This document shows positions 41,117 through 49,826 of a stretch of DNA of 64,000 nt, piece by piece. Made by a program: the position numbers and the translations under genes. Each line of letters opens with the position of its first letter. Position 1 is the stretch's first letter. The stretch comes from Nitrososphaeria archaeon (GTDB lineage: Archaea; Thermoproteota; Nitrososphaeria; JACIWG01), in contig CAVVXT010000019.1 in NCBI GenBank assembly GCA_963752255.1, positions 512,001 through 576,000 on the forward strand, written 5' to 3'. The notes below the pieces were generated by a model that was not told the DNA's origin, did not search any database, and worked only from the letters and a program-made list of their open reading frames with translations.

Positions 41117-41440
41117 TTATTCGTTGGTAATAACATATAGCTTTCCAAAACGTCCGACGTTAAGACGGATTTCCCCTTTGAAACTGTTGACGTAACCATT
41201 TTCTATCTTAGCAGTATCGTTAACATCAACCTTATCAATTTGGTCATCCCAAAGAGTAAGCTTTACCTTACCAGTTTCATCAGTGATTGTAAGGTCTGCT
41301 ACCCGGGCTTTCTGACCAGTTCTTAACATTACCTCGCGAGGCTCTGGCTTATCAGTTATCCTACCAACAATATCAACCTGTTTCATGCCATCCCTTAGCT
41401 GGGAGATGTTCAAATTATTCACACCCAGTCTCCCCAACAT
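41117..41440 (-). CDS. ssb: Single-OB-fold ssDNA-binding protein (crenarchaeal-type SSB)
   Basis: DETGKVKLTLW, IENGY, LNVGRFG. Confidence 0.88.
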   Translation of the reverse strand: MLGRLGVNNLNISQLRDGMKQVDIVGRITDKPEPREVMLRTGQKARVADLTITDETGKVKLTLWDDQIDKVDVNDTAKIENGYVNSFKGEIRLNVGRFGKLYVITNE

Positions 41441-41526
41441 CTCTTTAAAAGCTTTATTTATAACAAATTTTCGAAATAGGATTATTTTATCAAGAACTTT
41501 AAATCATGCTTTTATGGTAGAGACGA

Positions 41527-42069
41527 GTGGTTATGGGGCAGGAAACAAGACTTTCTGGAAAGTTAAAATTAAATCGTATTGTCATTGAAAATTTTGATGA
41601 TGCCCAAGAACTTTACCAGAGTGGATTTGGAGAAAAGGAAAGGAAGAGTCTTGTGTTGAACCCCTATGAAGCGCTCTATCTTTGCAGCATTAATAGGGTT
41701 GACGTGATTGGAAAGAAGAAGATCATAAACTTTGAAAATTTAATAGGCATACTCTACAATAAAGATAAGGAAATTCTAACCAGATTTCTAGTCTATAGGG
41801 ACCTGAGGAGCAGAGGTTTTATTGTCAAAGAAGGCTTCGGTTTCGGGGTTGACTTTAGGGTCTACGATAAAGGGGAATATGGTAAAAAGACAGCAAAATA
41901 TGTCGTCTTCGTTTTAAATGAAGGAAATGATGTTAGATTTGAGAAGATCGTACAGGATGCTATCGATATTAAAAGGATGGGGAAGAAATCTATCATGGCA
42001 GTTATAGATAGAAGGGGAGAAGTGATATATTATCAGATATCTGAGGCGGTCTTTAATGCAGAAAGTTAG
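41527..42069 (+). CDS. endA: tRNA-splicing endonuclease subunit (likely structural/beta-type: catalytic His not evident)
   Basis: EALYL, VYRDLRSRGF, GFGFGVDFRVY, VIYY; KTAKYVV where H-S/A-x-Y/F is expected. Confidence 0.85.
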   Translation: MVMGQETRLSGKLKLNRIVIENFDDAQELYQSGFGEKERKSLVLNPYEALYLCSINRVDVIGKKKIINFENLIGILYNKDKEILTRFLVYRDLRSRGFIVKEGFGFGVDFRVYDKGEYGKKTAKYVVFVLNEGNDVRFEKIVQDAIDIKRMGKKSIMAVIDRRGEVIYYQISEAVFNAES

Positions 42070-42946
42070 TTTAAACGCGTACCTTAAGATGATCAGGCCT
42101 ACAAATAGCATTATGGTAGGTGCAGCTGTAATTATCGGTGTCATTCTTACTTCTTTGCAGGCGGTTCTCACATGGAAAACTCTTTTTGGATTTTTAACTG
42201 GCTTCTTTGTCGCAAGCTTCTCGATGGTAGTCAATGATATTTATGATGTAGAGGTTGACCGTGCAAATCTGCTGAATAGACCCCTTGTCAGAGGTGAAAT
42301 AAAAATTTCGGCAGCTTGGGCTTATTCTATAACATTACTTTTTCTTGGCATAGTATTCTCATTATTAACAAGCCTGACAGGATTCATCATCGCTGTAGTA
42401 TTTGGATTCATATCTTGGTTTTACAATTTCTATCTAAAGAAACAGGGAATTATTGGGAATCTGACGGTCGCACTCTCAACCTCGATTCCCTATATCTACG
42501 GTAGCGTGGTCTCAGCTGCTGTGGTTCCAATTCTTCAAGGCACATTTTTTCTAGGCTCATCTTACTTGCTTCTCTGGGCTGTTATGGTGTCCTTTTTAGC
42601 TGTTACCGGGAGAGAAGTCATAAAAACGATATCTGACGCAGAAGGAGATAGAATAAGAGGAATCAAATCAATAACTCATTCCATCGGAGAAGAAAATTCT
42701 GCTAGAGCTGGTGCAACTTTTTTTATCCTAGCGGTGTTTTTCACCTTAGGACCTTACCTCTCAAAACAAGCAGGAATATTTTATTTGGCCATGGTGATGG
42801 TTCCTGATATACTGTTTGTTTATCTCTCTTACTCAATACTAAAAGACTATTCGAGCGCAAATGTACATCGTGTAAAAAAATTTGCTTTAATTGGAATGCT
42901 GTTTGGTTTCATAGCATTTATTGCCGAAAAAATGGTGATTCGATAG
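42056..42946 (+). CDS. Digeranylgeranylglyceryl phosphate synthase (UbiA family)
   Basis: NDIYDVEVDRAN..RPL and REVIKTISDAEGD motifs; multi-TM. Confidence 0.88.
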   Translation: MQKVSLNAYLKMIRPTNSIMVGAAVIIGVILTSLQAVLTWKTLFGFLTGFFVASFSMVVNDIYDVEVDRANLLNRPLVRGEIKISAAWAYSITLLFLGIVFSLLTSLTGFIIAVVFGFISWFYNFYLKKQGIIGNLTVALSTSIPYIYGSVVSAAVVPILQGTFFLGSSYLLLWAVMVSFLAVTGREVIKTISDAEGDRIRGIKSITHSIGEENSARAGATFFILAVFFTLGPYLSKQAGIFYLAMVMVPDILFVYLSYSILKDYSSANVHRVKKFALIGMLFGFIAFIAEKMVIR

Positions 42947-42947
42947 C

Positions 42948-44153
42948 ATGGCGGCGCAGATGTGGACAGAAAAATATAGGAACATAAAATTTAACCAGAT
43001 CATCGGTAATGAGAAAGCAAAAGAGTCCTTCTACAACTGGCTAAAGAACTGGAAGAGAGGAGACAAAGCTGTGCTCTTGGTAGGCCAAGCAGGTACCGGA
43101 AAAAATACATCAGTATATGCAGCAGCTCGTGAACTCAAATATCATATCATAGAACTTAACGCCAGTGACATAAGAACGAAAGAGAATCTCACTAAGAAGC
43201 TTGGAAACTCTCTCTACACCTCAGATCTCTTTGATGAAAAGAGAATGGTCCTACTTGATGAAGTAGACGGAATATATGGAAGAGAAGACTACGGGGGAAC
43301 AGAATACGTAAACCAGCTATTGGAAAAACCGCCTGTTCCGATAGTGTTAACAGCGAACGACATCCTAAATGGGAGTGTTATAAAACTCTCTAAAAAAACC
43401 AACATGATATCCTTTCAGAAAGTGCCGTTGAGAATGATTGCCATGTACTTAAAACATATTGCTAACCTAGAAAAAATTAGCGTCAGCGACAAATTGCTCA
43501 GCAAGGTCGCAACAAAGAGCGGTGGGGATGTTAGAGCAGCCATAAATCTCCTCCAGAGTGTGATAAAGGTACCAGATACGATAGAACAGATGAAAATATT
43601 AAAGGATGCAATTATCTCAAGACAGGATGCAGCACTCGCATTATTCCAAGAGAAGACATTTGAGGAAGCGTATAACAAGTTCTCAAAAATAGATGCTGAC
43701 GCCAGAGAAAAACTACAAATCTTATTCTATTCGATCTTGGCGTCTTACCTCGAAAAAGGACAGAGGAAAGCTGGGTTGAAGGCAATAGCAGACATAGACG
43801 TGTTTGAGAGAAGATTAGAGAGCACGCAAGAGTGGCGGATGCTAAGATGGTATGATAGAATTATAGTTGGACGATTTCGTACATTAGATGTTGGACAAGG
43901 ATTCAGATATTCTGAGCAAGAGCCTATCTGGGATCTGAAACTAAAGTATTGGACGGAATTAAGAGTGTTTAAAGGTATGAAGGAGAGAATTAATCAGAAG
44001 TATCACATCTCTGAGGGAGAGTTTTCACTGTATTATTTACCATGCCTAATCAGTTTAGCTAGAAAAGATAAAGGAACGGTTCTAAGCTATCTAGAGCGCA
44101 TGGGCTTTGATGACAGTATAATTTCATTTTTCGAGAAAAAGGTGAAGAGCTGA
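42948..44153 (+). CDS. rfcL: Replication factor C large subunit
   Basis: WTEKYR, GQAGTGKN, ELNASDIR, LDEVDG, GDVRAAIN. Confidence 0.9.
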   Translation: MAAQMWTEKYRNIKFNQIIGNEKAKESFYNWLKNWKRGDKAVLLVGQAGTGKNTSVYAAARELKYHIIELNASDIRTKENLTKKLGNSLYTSDLFDEKRMVLLDEVDGIYGREDYGGTEYVNQLLEKPPVPIVLTANDILNGSVIKLSKKTNMISFQKVPLRMIAMYLKHIANLEKISVSDKLLSKVATKSGGDVRAAINLLQSVIKVPDTIEQMKILKDAIISRQDAALALFQEKTFEEAYNKFSKIDADAREKLQILFYSILASYLEKGQRKAGLKAIADIDVFERRLESTQEWRMLRWYDRIIVGRFRTLDVGQGFRYSEQEPIWDLKLKYWTELRVFKGMKERINQKYHISEGEFSLYYLPCLISLARKDKGTVLSYLERMGFDDSIISFFEKKVKS

Positions 44154-44485
44154 TGGAAATACTTGAAGGAGAATGGTTTAAACTTCCATATGTTGGCACG
44201 GACGATTTTAAAACATTAATGTCCTTGGGCTTAAAATATGATAAATCAAAGGGAATGCTGATTGATGATGGAACTAACAAGAAACTCCTTGTAACTTTTT
44301 TGACAGAAGTTTTAAAAGAGGATGTCATTATATACAAGAAATGTGCCATTTGTTTGAAAGAAGTAGATTGCCGAACTTGTGAATATAATCATAAATGCGA
44401 TTATTATAACTCATCCACACTATGTCTCTGCAAAGATTGTTTAAAAAGCGAAGAAAATTATGCTAGCTATATTATAAGCGCTTAA
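44153..44485 (+). CDS. Cys-rich Zn-binding hypothetical protein
   Basis: CAIC, CRTC, C..CLCKDC. Confidence 0.65.
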   Translation: MEILEGEWFKLPYVGTDDFKTLMSLGLKYDKSKGMLIDDGTNKKLLVTFLTEVLKEDVIIYKKCAICLKEVDCRTCEYNHKCDYYNSSTLCLCKDCLKSEENYASYIISA

Positions 44486-44487
44486 TA

Positions 44488-45402
44488 TCAAGCTGTACAG
44501 AATGGTTTCCTTATCATAACTGCTTGAAGAAACGCATATCTTAATCCATCATAGTCTTTAGAGTCCAGATACTTTTTGGCGTCAATCTGATTATTTGAAA
44601 GCATCAAACAAGGTTTGAAAGAGCCATCGTACGTCACCCTAAGGCGATTGCAATGCGAACAAAACTCAGTGTTTTCAATTGGATGAACCACTTCAACCTT
44701 TGCTGAATCAAGTTCAAATATCTTCCTCTTATGCATGTCATCTCTAAAATATACAGCCTTTGCCATATTAGCCAATCTTTCCTCTAAAACATTAATCGGC
44801 TCATGGTATTTGGAATAAAACTTCGACGATATTCTCACCGGTTCAAGTTCGATAATCTGCAATAATGTACCAGATTTTACAGAATATGATATCATAGAAT
44901 CGATTTCATGTTCGTTAATGCCTTTCAGCAGCACCATATTTATTTTAATTGGATCAAGACCTACTTTCGAAGCCTCACTTATACCATCAAGAACAGGTTT
45001 TAAACTTCCTCCAGTTATTTCTTTATAATTTTTTTCATTCAAGGTGGGAAGGCTAACGTTAACTCTCTTCAGCCCTGCAGACTTCAGTTTCAAAGCGTAC
45101 TTTTTTAAAAGCTGACCGTTTGTCACCATCGATAACTCTGAAAAGGCTTCAATGTCTCGAAGAGATTTCACAATTTCTATTATATCATTCCTTAAGAGAG
45201 GTTCCCCGCCTGTCAACTTTATCGTCTTTACACCGTATGAAGCGGCCAACCTAGCTATCATAATGACATCGTCGATTGACATTTCTTCATTTTCTTTGTT
45301 CATAACCCCTTCGGAATGGCAATAGAAACAATCCTGATTACATTTTGAGGTAACCGAAATTCTCAGATTATAAACTGGACGGTTGTACAAATCCAACAAC
45401 AT
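44488..45402 (-). CDS. moaA: GTP 3',8-cyclase
   Basis: Radical SAM CNQDCFYC, TGGEP, C-terminal FCSHCNRLR...KPCL. Confidence 0.95.
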   Translation of the reverse strand: MLLDLYNRPVYNLRISVTSKCNQDCFYCHSEGVMNKENEEMSIDDVIMIARLAASYGVKTIKLTGGEPLLRNDIIEIVKSLRDIEAFSELSMVTNGQLLKKYALKLKSAGLKRVNVSLPTLNEKNYKEITGGSLKPVLDGISEASKVGLDPIKINMVLLKGINEHEIDSMISYSVKSGTLLQIIELEPVRISSKFYSKYHEPINVLEERLANMAKAVYFRDDMHKRKIFELDSAKVEVVHPIENTEFCSHCNRLRVTYDGSFKPCLMLSNNQIDAKKYLDSKDYDGLRYAFLQAVMIRKPFCTA

Positions 45403-45404
45403 AT

Positions 45405-45929
45405 TTATTCACGAGCATGTTTCACTATATGTGGTAATTCGTCGACCATTATGTCCAGAGCTGTGTCGACTGCATCAGGCGAACCTGGCATACAAAAGAC
45501 GATAGAAGAGGCGATTATTCCCGCTTTTGCCCTAGAAATTAGGGCCGCACCCTTAGCCTTTAAGAAAGTTTGCGCTCTAAATATTTCTCCAAATCCGGGA
45601 AGCTCCTTATCAAAAAGAGATGACAAAGCTTCAACAGTCACATCTGATGATGTTACACCTGTCCCACCAGTTAGAACAACCACGCTACAGCCCTCCTCGT
45701 AAATTGACCTCAAGGTCTCCTTTCTAATCATGCCAATATCGTCTGATACTATCTTCCTAGACGCGACGATATACCCATTTTTCATCAACTTCTCGGCAAT
45801 TTTCAGACCGGACACATCGTCTAACTTGTGGCCTTTAGAAGCTTCAATATACCTCGAAGTACTAACAGTCACTACGGAACATCGTATTTTAGAGGGAGCA
45901 GAAGCCCTATGAATTTCATAACTCTTCAT
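45405..45929 (-). CDS. moaB: Molybdopterin adenylyltransferase MoaB/Mog
   Basis: TGGTG...DVT, LPGFGEIFR, SRA.AG, MPGSP. Confidence 0.92.
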   Translation of the reverse strand: MKSYEIHRASAPSKIRCSVVTVSTSRYIEASKGHKLDDVSGLKIAEKLMKNGYIVASRKIVSDDIGMIRKETLRSIYEEGCSVVVLTGGTGVTSSDVTVEALSSLFDKELPGFGEIFRAQTFLKAKGAALISRAKAGIIASSIVFCMPGSPDAVDTALDIMVDELPHIVKHARE

Positions 45930-46360
45930 TAACCCTTCACTTTACTAACTACGCGAACATCCTTTATGAAGGTGAATGGATAATTTCCAGAGTCATCTTT
46001 TTCATACTTTTTGACGACGTCCCAAATGTTCAAAAGAGCGTTTAAGACACCTGAAAGAGCCTCCATCTCAACACCTGTCTTGGAAGTCGATTTCACCTTA
46101 ACCCTGACAGTGATAGAGAAATTTTCTACAACAAAGCTAACCTTAATATCTTCCAGTAAAATAAAATGACAAAAAGGTACGAGTTCGGGAGTTCTTTTGA
46201 CAGCATTGGTAGCAGAGACCGAGGATATCTGTAGGGGGTCACCTTTTTCTATCTTCTTCTCTCTGATCAAATTTATTGTTTCAGGCTTTAAAATTATTTT
46301 ACCTTCAGCGATAGCTTCCCTTTTGACCTCTTTCTTTTCAGAGATATCGACCATCCCCAA
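45929..46360 (-). CDS. moaC: Cyclic pyranopterin monophosphate synthase
   Basis: MVDISEK, KGD, PFCH, TGVEMEAL, WDVVK. Confidence 0.95.
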   Translation of the reverse strand: MGMVDISEKKEVKREAIAEGKIILKPETINLIREKKIEKGDPLQISSVSATNAVKRTPELVPFCHFILLEDIKVSFVVENFSITVRVKVKSTSKTGVEMEALSGVLNALLNIWDVVKKYEKDDSGNYPFTFIKDVRVVSKVKG

Positions 46361-46511
46361 GATGTATCACCTATTCATAGAAACCGAAGTGACGGGTATA
46401 AAAAGAAAACGTTGTATAGAGACGATTTAGTTAAACTGTTTTTTATAGCCCTTACAAACGTTAAACCATATCTATAATCTTCTTACTACTTAAAGAAAGG
46501 AAGTGGAAGAG

Positions 46512-46556
46512 AAGAATAAGCAGGATAGACAGGATAAGCAGGAAATACAGGAAGAT
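46512..46556 (+). repeat. Degenerate 9-nt tandem repeat (CAGGAWRRR)
   Basis: aagaataag caggataga caggataag caggaaata caggaagat. Confidence 0.6.
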
Positions 46557-46715
46557 AGCGACCCATCAAATTATATAAAGCGTCTCCGATGTTAGGGCGT
46601 GTGACTAGTTCTAGATAGCTCGCTCAGAAGAACTTTAAATTGTGTACACCACTAATTATTATATATAAGTTAATATGATTGGATATGGCTCTATAGTTAA
46701 TAACGGCGTATCAAG

Positions 46716-47186
46716 ATGAAAAGAATTCCTGAACTACAAAAAGTGAAAGTTTTGGAATTAATAACTGTCTTGGCTGCCTTGTCGGGTATAATTCTCACTC
46801 TAATTCACGGTAATCTCTACGACTACTTCTTTAATCTGTTCTCGATTCCAGGGATAATGAATTTTAGGCTTCTTTATGTTAGTTTGCTTATGTATAGCGC
46901 TTTAGCCCTCGTGATTTTCTCTTCTTTATTCTTTTTTCGTGAAAAGAATTCTATGATAAGACTTTATAGTTATTTTCAGGGGTGGCTTTTTTTAACAATG
47001 GCTGCATCCAGCTATGAACTGATTGATGGGATGATGAATTGGTATACAAAGACTATTCTTAACCAGCAGTTTTCTGAATTTCCTTATACCTTTTATACAA
47101 AAAGTGTAAGCGTTATTTTTTTTGGCGCTTTGTTTGGTTTCTGGCTACTAGAGAAAGATAAGAAAAGATTGGAACTTGAGGTGTAG
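46716..47186 (+). CDS. Four-TM hypothetical membrane protein
   Basis: Hydrophobic helices; AT-rich islet beside tRNA-Gly. Confidence 0.6.
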   Translation: MKRIPELQKVKVLELITVLAALSGIILTLIHGNLYDYFFNLFSIPGIMNFRLLYVSLLMYSALALVIFSSLFFFREKNSMIRLYSYFQGWLFLTMAASSYELIDGMMNWYTKTILNQQFSEFPYTFYTKSVSVIFFGALFGFWLLEKDKKRLELEV

Positions 47187-47263
47187 TGTTTCTTGTTAAC
47201 CATTGCTGCGCTACTTAACTTCCAGATAATATGTAACTGAATATGTATCTCTTATAGCAACTA

Positions 47264-47710
47264 CTATACTATTGCCGTTTTGCCTTCCCTCGTTTCCCAT
47301 TTTATGATTATAATGCCTATGGGCAAAACCGCCACAATTCCAAGAAAAATTGGAAGGGAATTAGTGAATATCATCCCAAGGTTTGTCCGTATCTTACTCC
47401 AATATAGACCAATCCATACAGCGAGGAAACCGAGTCCTACGATGAACAAGGGTTTCTTCAGCAAGTCCCGATGTTGCAGCATTTTCTGAGGCAGTATTCT
47501 GAGAGGTTTGTCCTTATCCCTGTCCTTTCTATCGAGTTCGCCAGCCCAATAGACGAAAACAAAGAACAAATATCCAGTTACATATGGAAGGTAGAACTGT
47601 AGGTTTTTAAGAACAGAGACATGTGGGAGAAGTTAGGTGCTACATAAACACGAACAAAAAATAGAAATCCTATGGCAATACCAAATGCCAAATACGTCGT
47701 TAATTCCAAA
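47264..47710 (-). pseudogene. Membrane protein, apparently frameshifted near 47635
   Basis: Upstream hydrophobic frame (LELTTYLAFGIAIGFLFFVRVYVAP) continues in another frame (LLPHVSVLKNLQFYLPYVTGYLFFVFVYW). Confidence 0.4.
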
Positions 47711-47832
47711 ATCAGTCGAGTTTATTATTCGTATGTAATCATATATAAATCTCAAAGAAGAGCTGAAGTAAGTGGGGTTTGAACCAATTTCCGTAAGTCC
47801 TCTTTTCCATTAGTTTAATTTCTAAAGGAAAA

Positions 47833-47906
47833 TGCGGCGTCCGGGATTTGAACCCGGGCTGTCCAGCTTGGGAGGCTGGCATCTTTGGCCACTGGATCAA
47901 CGCCGC
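47833..47906 (-). tRNA. tRNA-Gly(CCC)
   Basis: GCGGCGT acceptor stem, CCAGC-CT-CCC-AA-GCTGG anticodon arm, GTTCAAATC. Confidence 0.95.
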
Positions 47907-47917
47907 ATGTTATTTTT

Positions 47918-48247
47918 TTACTCAGGTAGCTTAAATATCATTCTTTCTTTTTCGAAAGTCATTTCGTAGGTATCGTTCACATTCATCGGAACTTGGAGCT
48001 GATCAAATTCATTTTCGGTAAGAAAGAGGATGACTTTAGGGTATGTAATCTCCTTTGGCATGGGAGGAAAGATCCCCATAGACTGTATCTGTGATATTAT
48101 TGATTGAGTAACACGAGTTGTATCATCACCATATTGCTGGCCCATAACCGGTTGTCTTTTTACTTCAACTAGCTCTATCTGTTTTCCTTGAGCTCCTGTA
48201 TCAGGGGCATTGTAGCTAGTTATTCTGAATACTTTAACTAATACCAT
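47918..48247 (-). CDS. Arcadin-1-like protein
   Basis: VKVFRI...GKQIELVE...PKVILFLTE.E...VNDTYE pattern recalled from TACK arcadin-1 annotations. Confidence 0.55.
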   Translation of the reverse strand: MVLVKVFRITSYNAPDTGAQGKQIELVEVKRQPVMGQQYGDDTTRVTQSIISQIQSMGIFPPMPKEITYPKVILFLTENEFDQLQVPMNVNDTYEMTFEKERMIFKLPE

Positions 48248-48320
48248 GCTTTTGCACCATCACCACTATATTTACCCAGAAATAAAAATTAATCTTCTAC
48301 CATTTAATACCCCCCGTTGA

Positions 48321-49292
48321 TTGAAAATACTAGTCAAGCCACTATGCGCTGAAAGCCTAGGAGTCAGGTCTACCTCAACATATGTAGAAACACCTGATAT
48401 CAAAGTTCTAATAGATGCGGGTGCAGCTCTAGGTCCAAGGAATGGTTTACTCCCCCATACATTAGAATATAAGGCTCTAGGAGAGGCTAAGAAAAAGATA
48501 GCTTATTACGCAGCAAAAAGTGATGTGGTAGTCATTTCCCATTATCATTATGATCATTTCTCACCGTTTTTCAGCACTTTGGACACTAAGTGGACCTGGT
48601 GCGACAAGAAAGTGGCAGAGGAAGTGTATTCAAACAAAATAGTATACATCAAGGATTTTAAGTCCTCCATCAATTATAGTCAGAAAGGAAGGGGATGGAT
48701 CTTCTCTAAATTACTCAAAAATGTTGCCAAAATTGTTTACATAGCAGATGGCAGGAGTTTTTACTATGGAGGAACTACGATCCAATTCAGTGAACCACTG
48801 TATCATGGAGAAGAGGGCAGCAAACTAGGATATGTTCTAGCAACAATATTCAGAAGTAGAGACTTAACTTTTATACACGCATCAGACGTCCAAGGTCCAA
48901 TATCGAATAAAACGCTTGACTTTATTTTAAAGGAGAAACCCGATGTCTTAATTATAGGGGGACCACCAACTTACCTAAGCAACGTAAATGAAGAAAATAT
49001 TGAGCAGGCGAAAAGAAATCTCAGTAGACTTGTAGAAGGGACGAAGCTGATGATACTTGACCATCACCTCCTAAGAGACCTTAGAACATTAGACTTTGTA
49101 AGAGAATTAAACAGGAAGGCTAAAAAATTTGGAAACAGAGTGCAAACCTTTGCGGAATATCAAGATAAGCCAAACCTACTGCTGGAGGCAAAGCGTGAAG
49201 AACTTTATCAAAATGAAAGACCAAGCGAAGAATTTATGAGATGGACTAAACTTCCTTTGGAGGCTCAGAAGGCGACTCTTCCTCCTGTTTAG
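48321..49292 (+). CDS. UPF0282 metallo-beta-lactamase-fold hydrolase
   Basis: ESLGVRS, SHYHYDH, HASDVQGP, DHHLLRD. Confidence 0.88.
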   Translation: MKILVKPLCAESLGVRSTSTYVETPDIKVLIDAGAALGPRNGLLPHTLEYKALGEAKKKIAYYAAKSDVVVISHYHYDHFSPFFSTLDTKWTWCDKKVAEEVYSNKIVYIKDFKSSINYSQKGRGWIFSKLLKNVAKIVYIADGRSFYYGGTTIQFSEPLYHGEEGSKLGYVLATIFRSRDLTFIHASDVQGPISNKTLDFILKEKPDVLIIGGPPTYLSNVNEENIEQAKRNLSRLVEGTKLMILDHHLLRDLRTLDFVRELNRKAKKFGNRVQTFAEYQDKPNLLLEAKREELYQNERPSEEFMRWTKLPLEAQKATLPPV

Positions 49293-49665
49293 AGACAATA
49301 GTCCTTACCTGATCAACTGATAAAATCCCAGATTCTACCAAGTTGGCCAAGGAATTCGTGGAAGCCTTACCAATCAGTTTCCCCATCCTTCCCCTTATCT
49401 GCCTCCACTTCAACTTAGTATTACCACTTTTTGATACGTATATGATTCCTAAAATATCTTTGGCGTCAACGAATGTGATATCTTGAATTTTTGTTAAGGT
49501 CACTTTATCAACAGCTTCGATGTATATCGATCCTGGGCCGTTCTCTTTTTCGGGAAAGACTTCTGGATCTTTAAGATAACTAATAGGCATGAAAGAGCGA
49601 CATGTGCTATCTATGAGAAAATACCTTACTTTATCCAAATGTACAGTCAGATTTATTTCTACCAT
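49246..49665 (-). CDS. Conserved hypothetical protein
   Basis: 139 aa ORF with protein-like composition (SKSGNTKLKWRQ). Confidence 0.65.
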   Translation of the reverse strand: MVEINLTVHLDKVRYFLIDSTCRSFMPISYLKDPEVFPEKENGPGSIYIEAVDKVTLTKIQDITFVDAKDILGIIYVSKSGNTKLKWRQIRGRMGKLIGKASTNSLANLVESGILSVDQVRTIVSKQEEESPSEPPKEV

Positions 49666-49730
49666 ATCATCGCCTGTCTGCTTGGTTCCAAGACAAACGT
49701 CTATAAATTAGCTATTAAATATATTTTTGT

Positions 49731-49790
49731 AGGGCGATGAGGAAAAACGGCATCGATCATTCATGAGATAGATCTTGAGTGCTGAGCCCT
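49731..49790 (+). ncRNA. Candidate C/D-box sRNA; D guide complementary to the tRNA-Leu(CAA) anticodon loop
   Basis: Terminal stem AGGGC/GCCCT, C-like ATGAGGA, C'-like ATGAGA, D box CTGA; guide TAGATCTTGAGT. Confidence 0.65.
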
Positions 49791-49826
49791 AACATATGAG
49801 AAAACATGGGAAAAGGGTATGGATGA

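Noticed and set aside
47772-47785. GGTTCAAACCCCAC T-loop-like fragment near tRNA-Gly
   Set aside because: Does not match the tRNA-Gly 3' end and has no acceptor-strand continuation.
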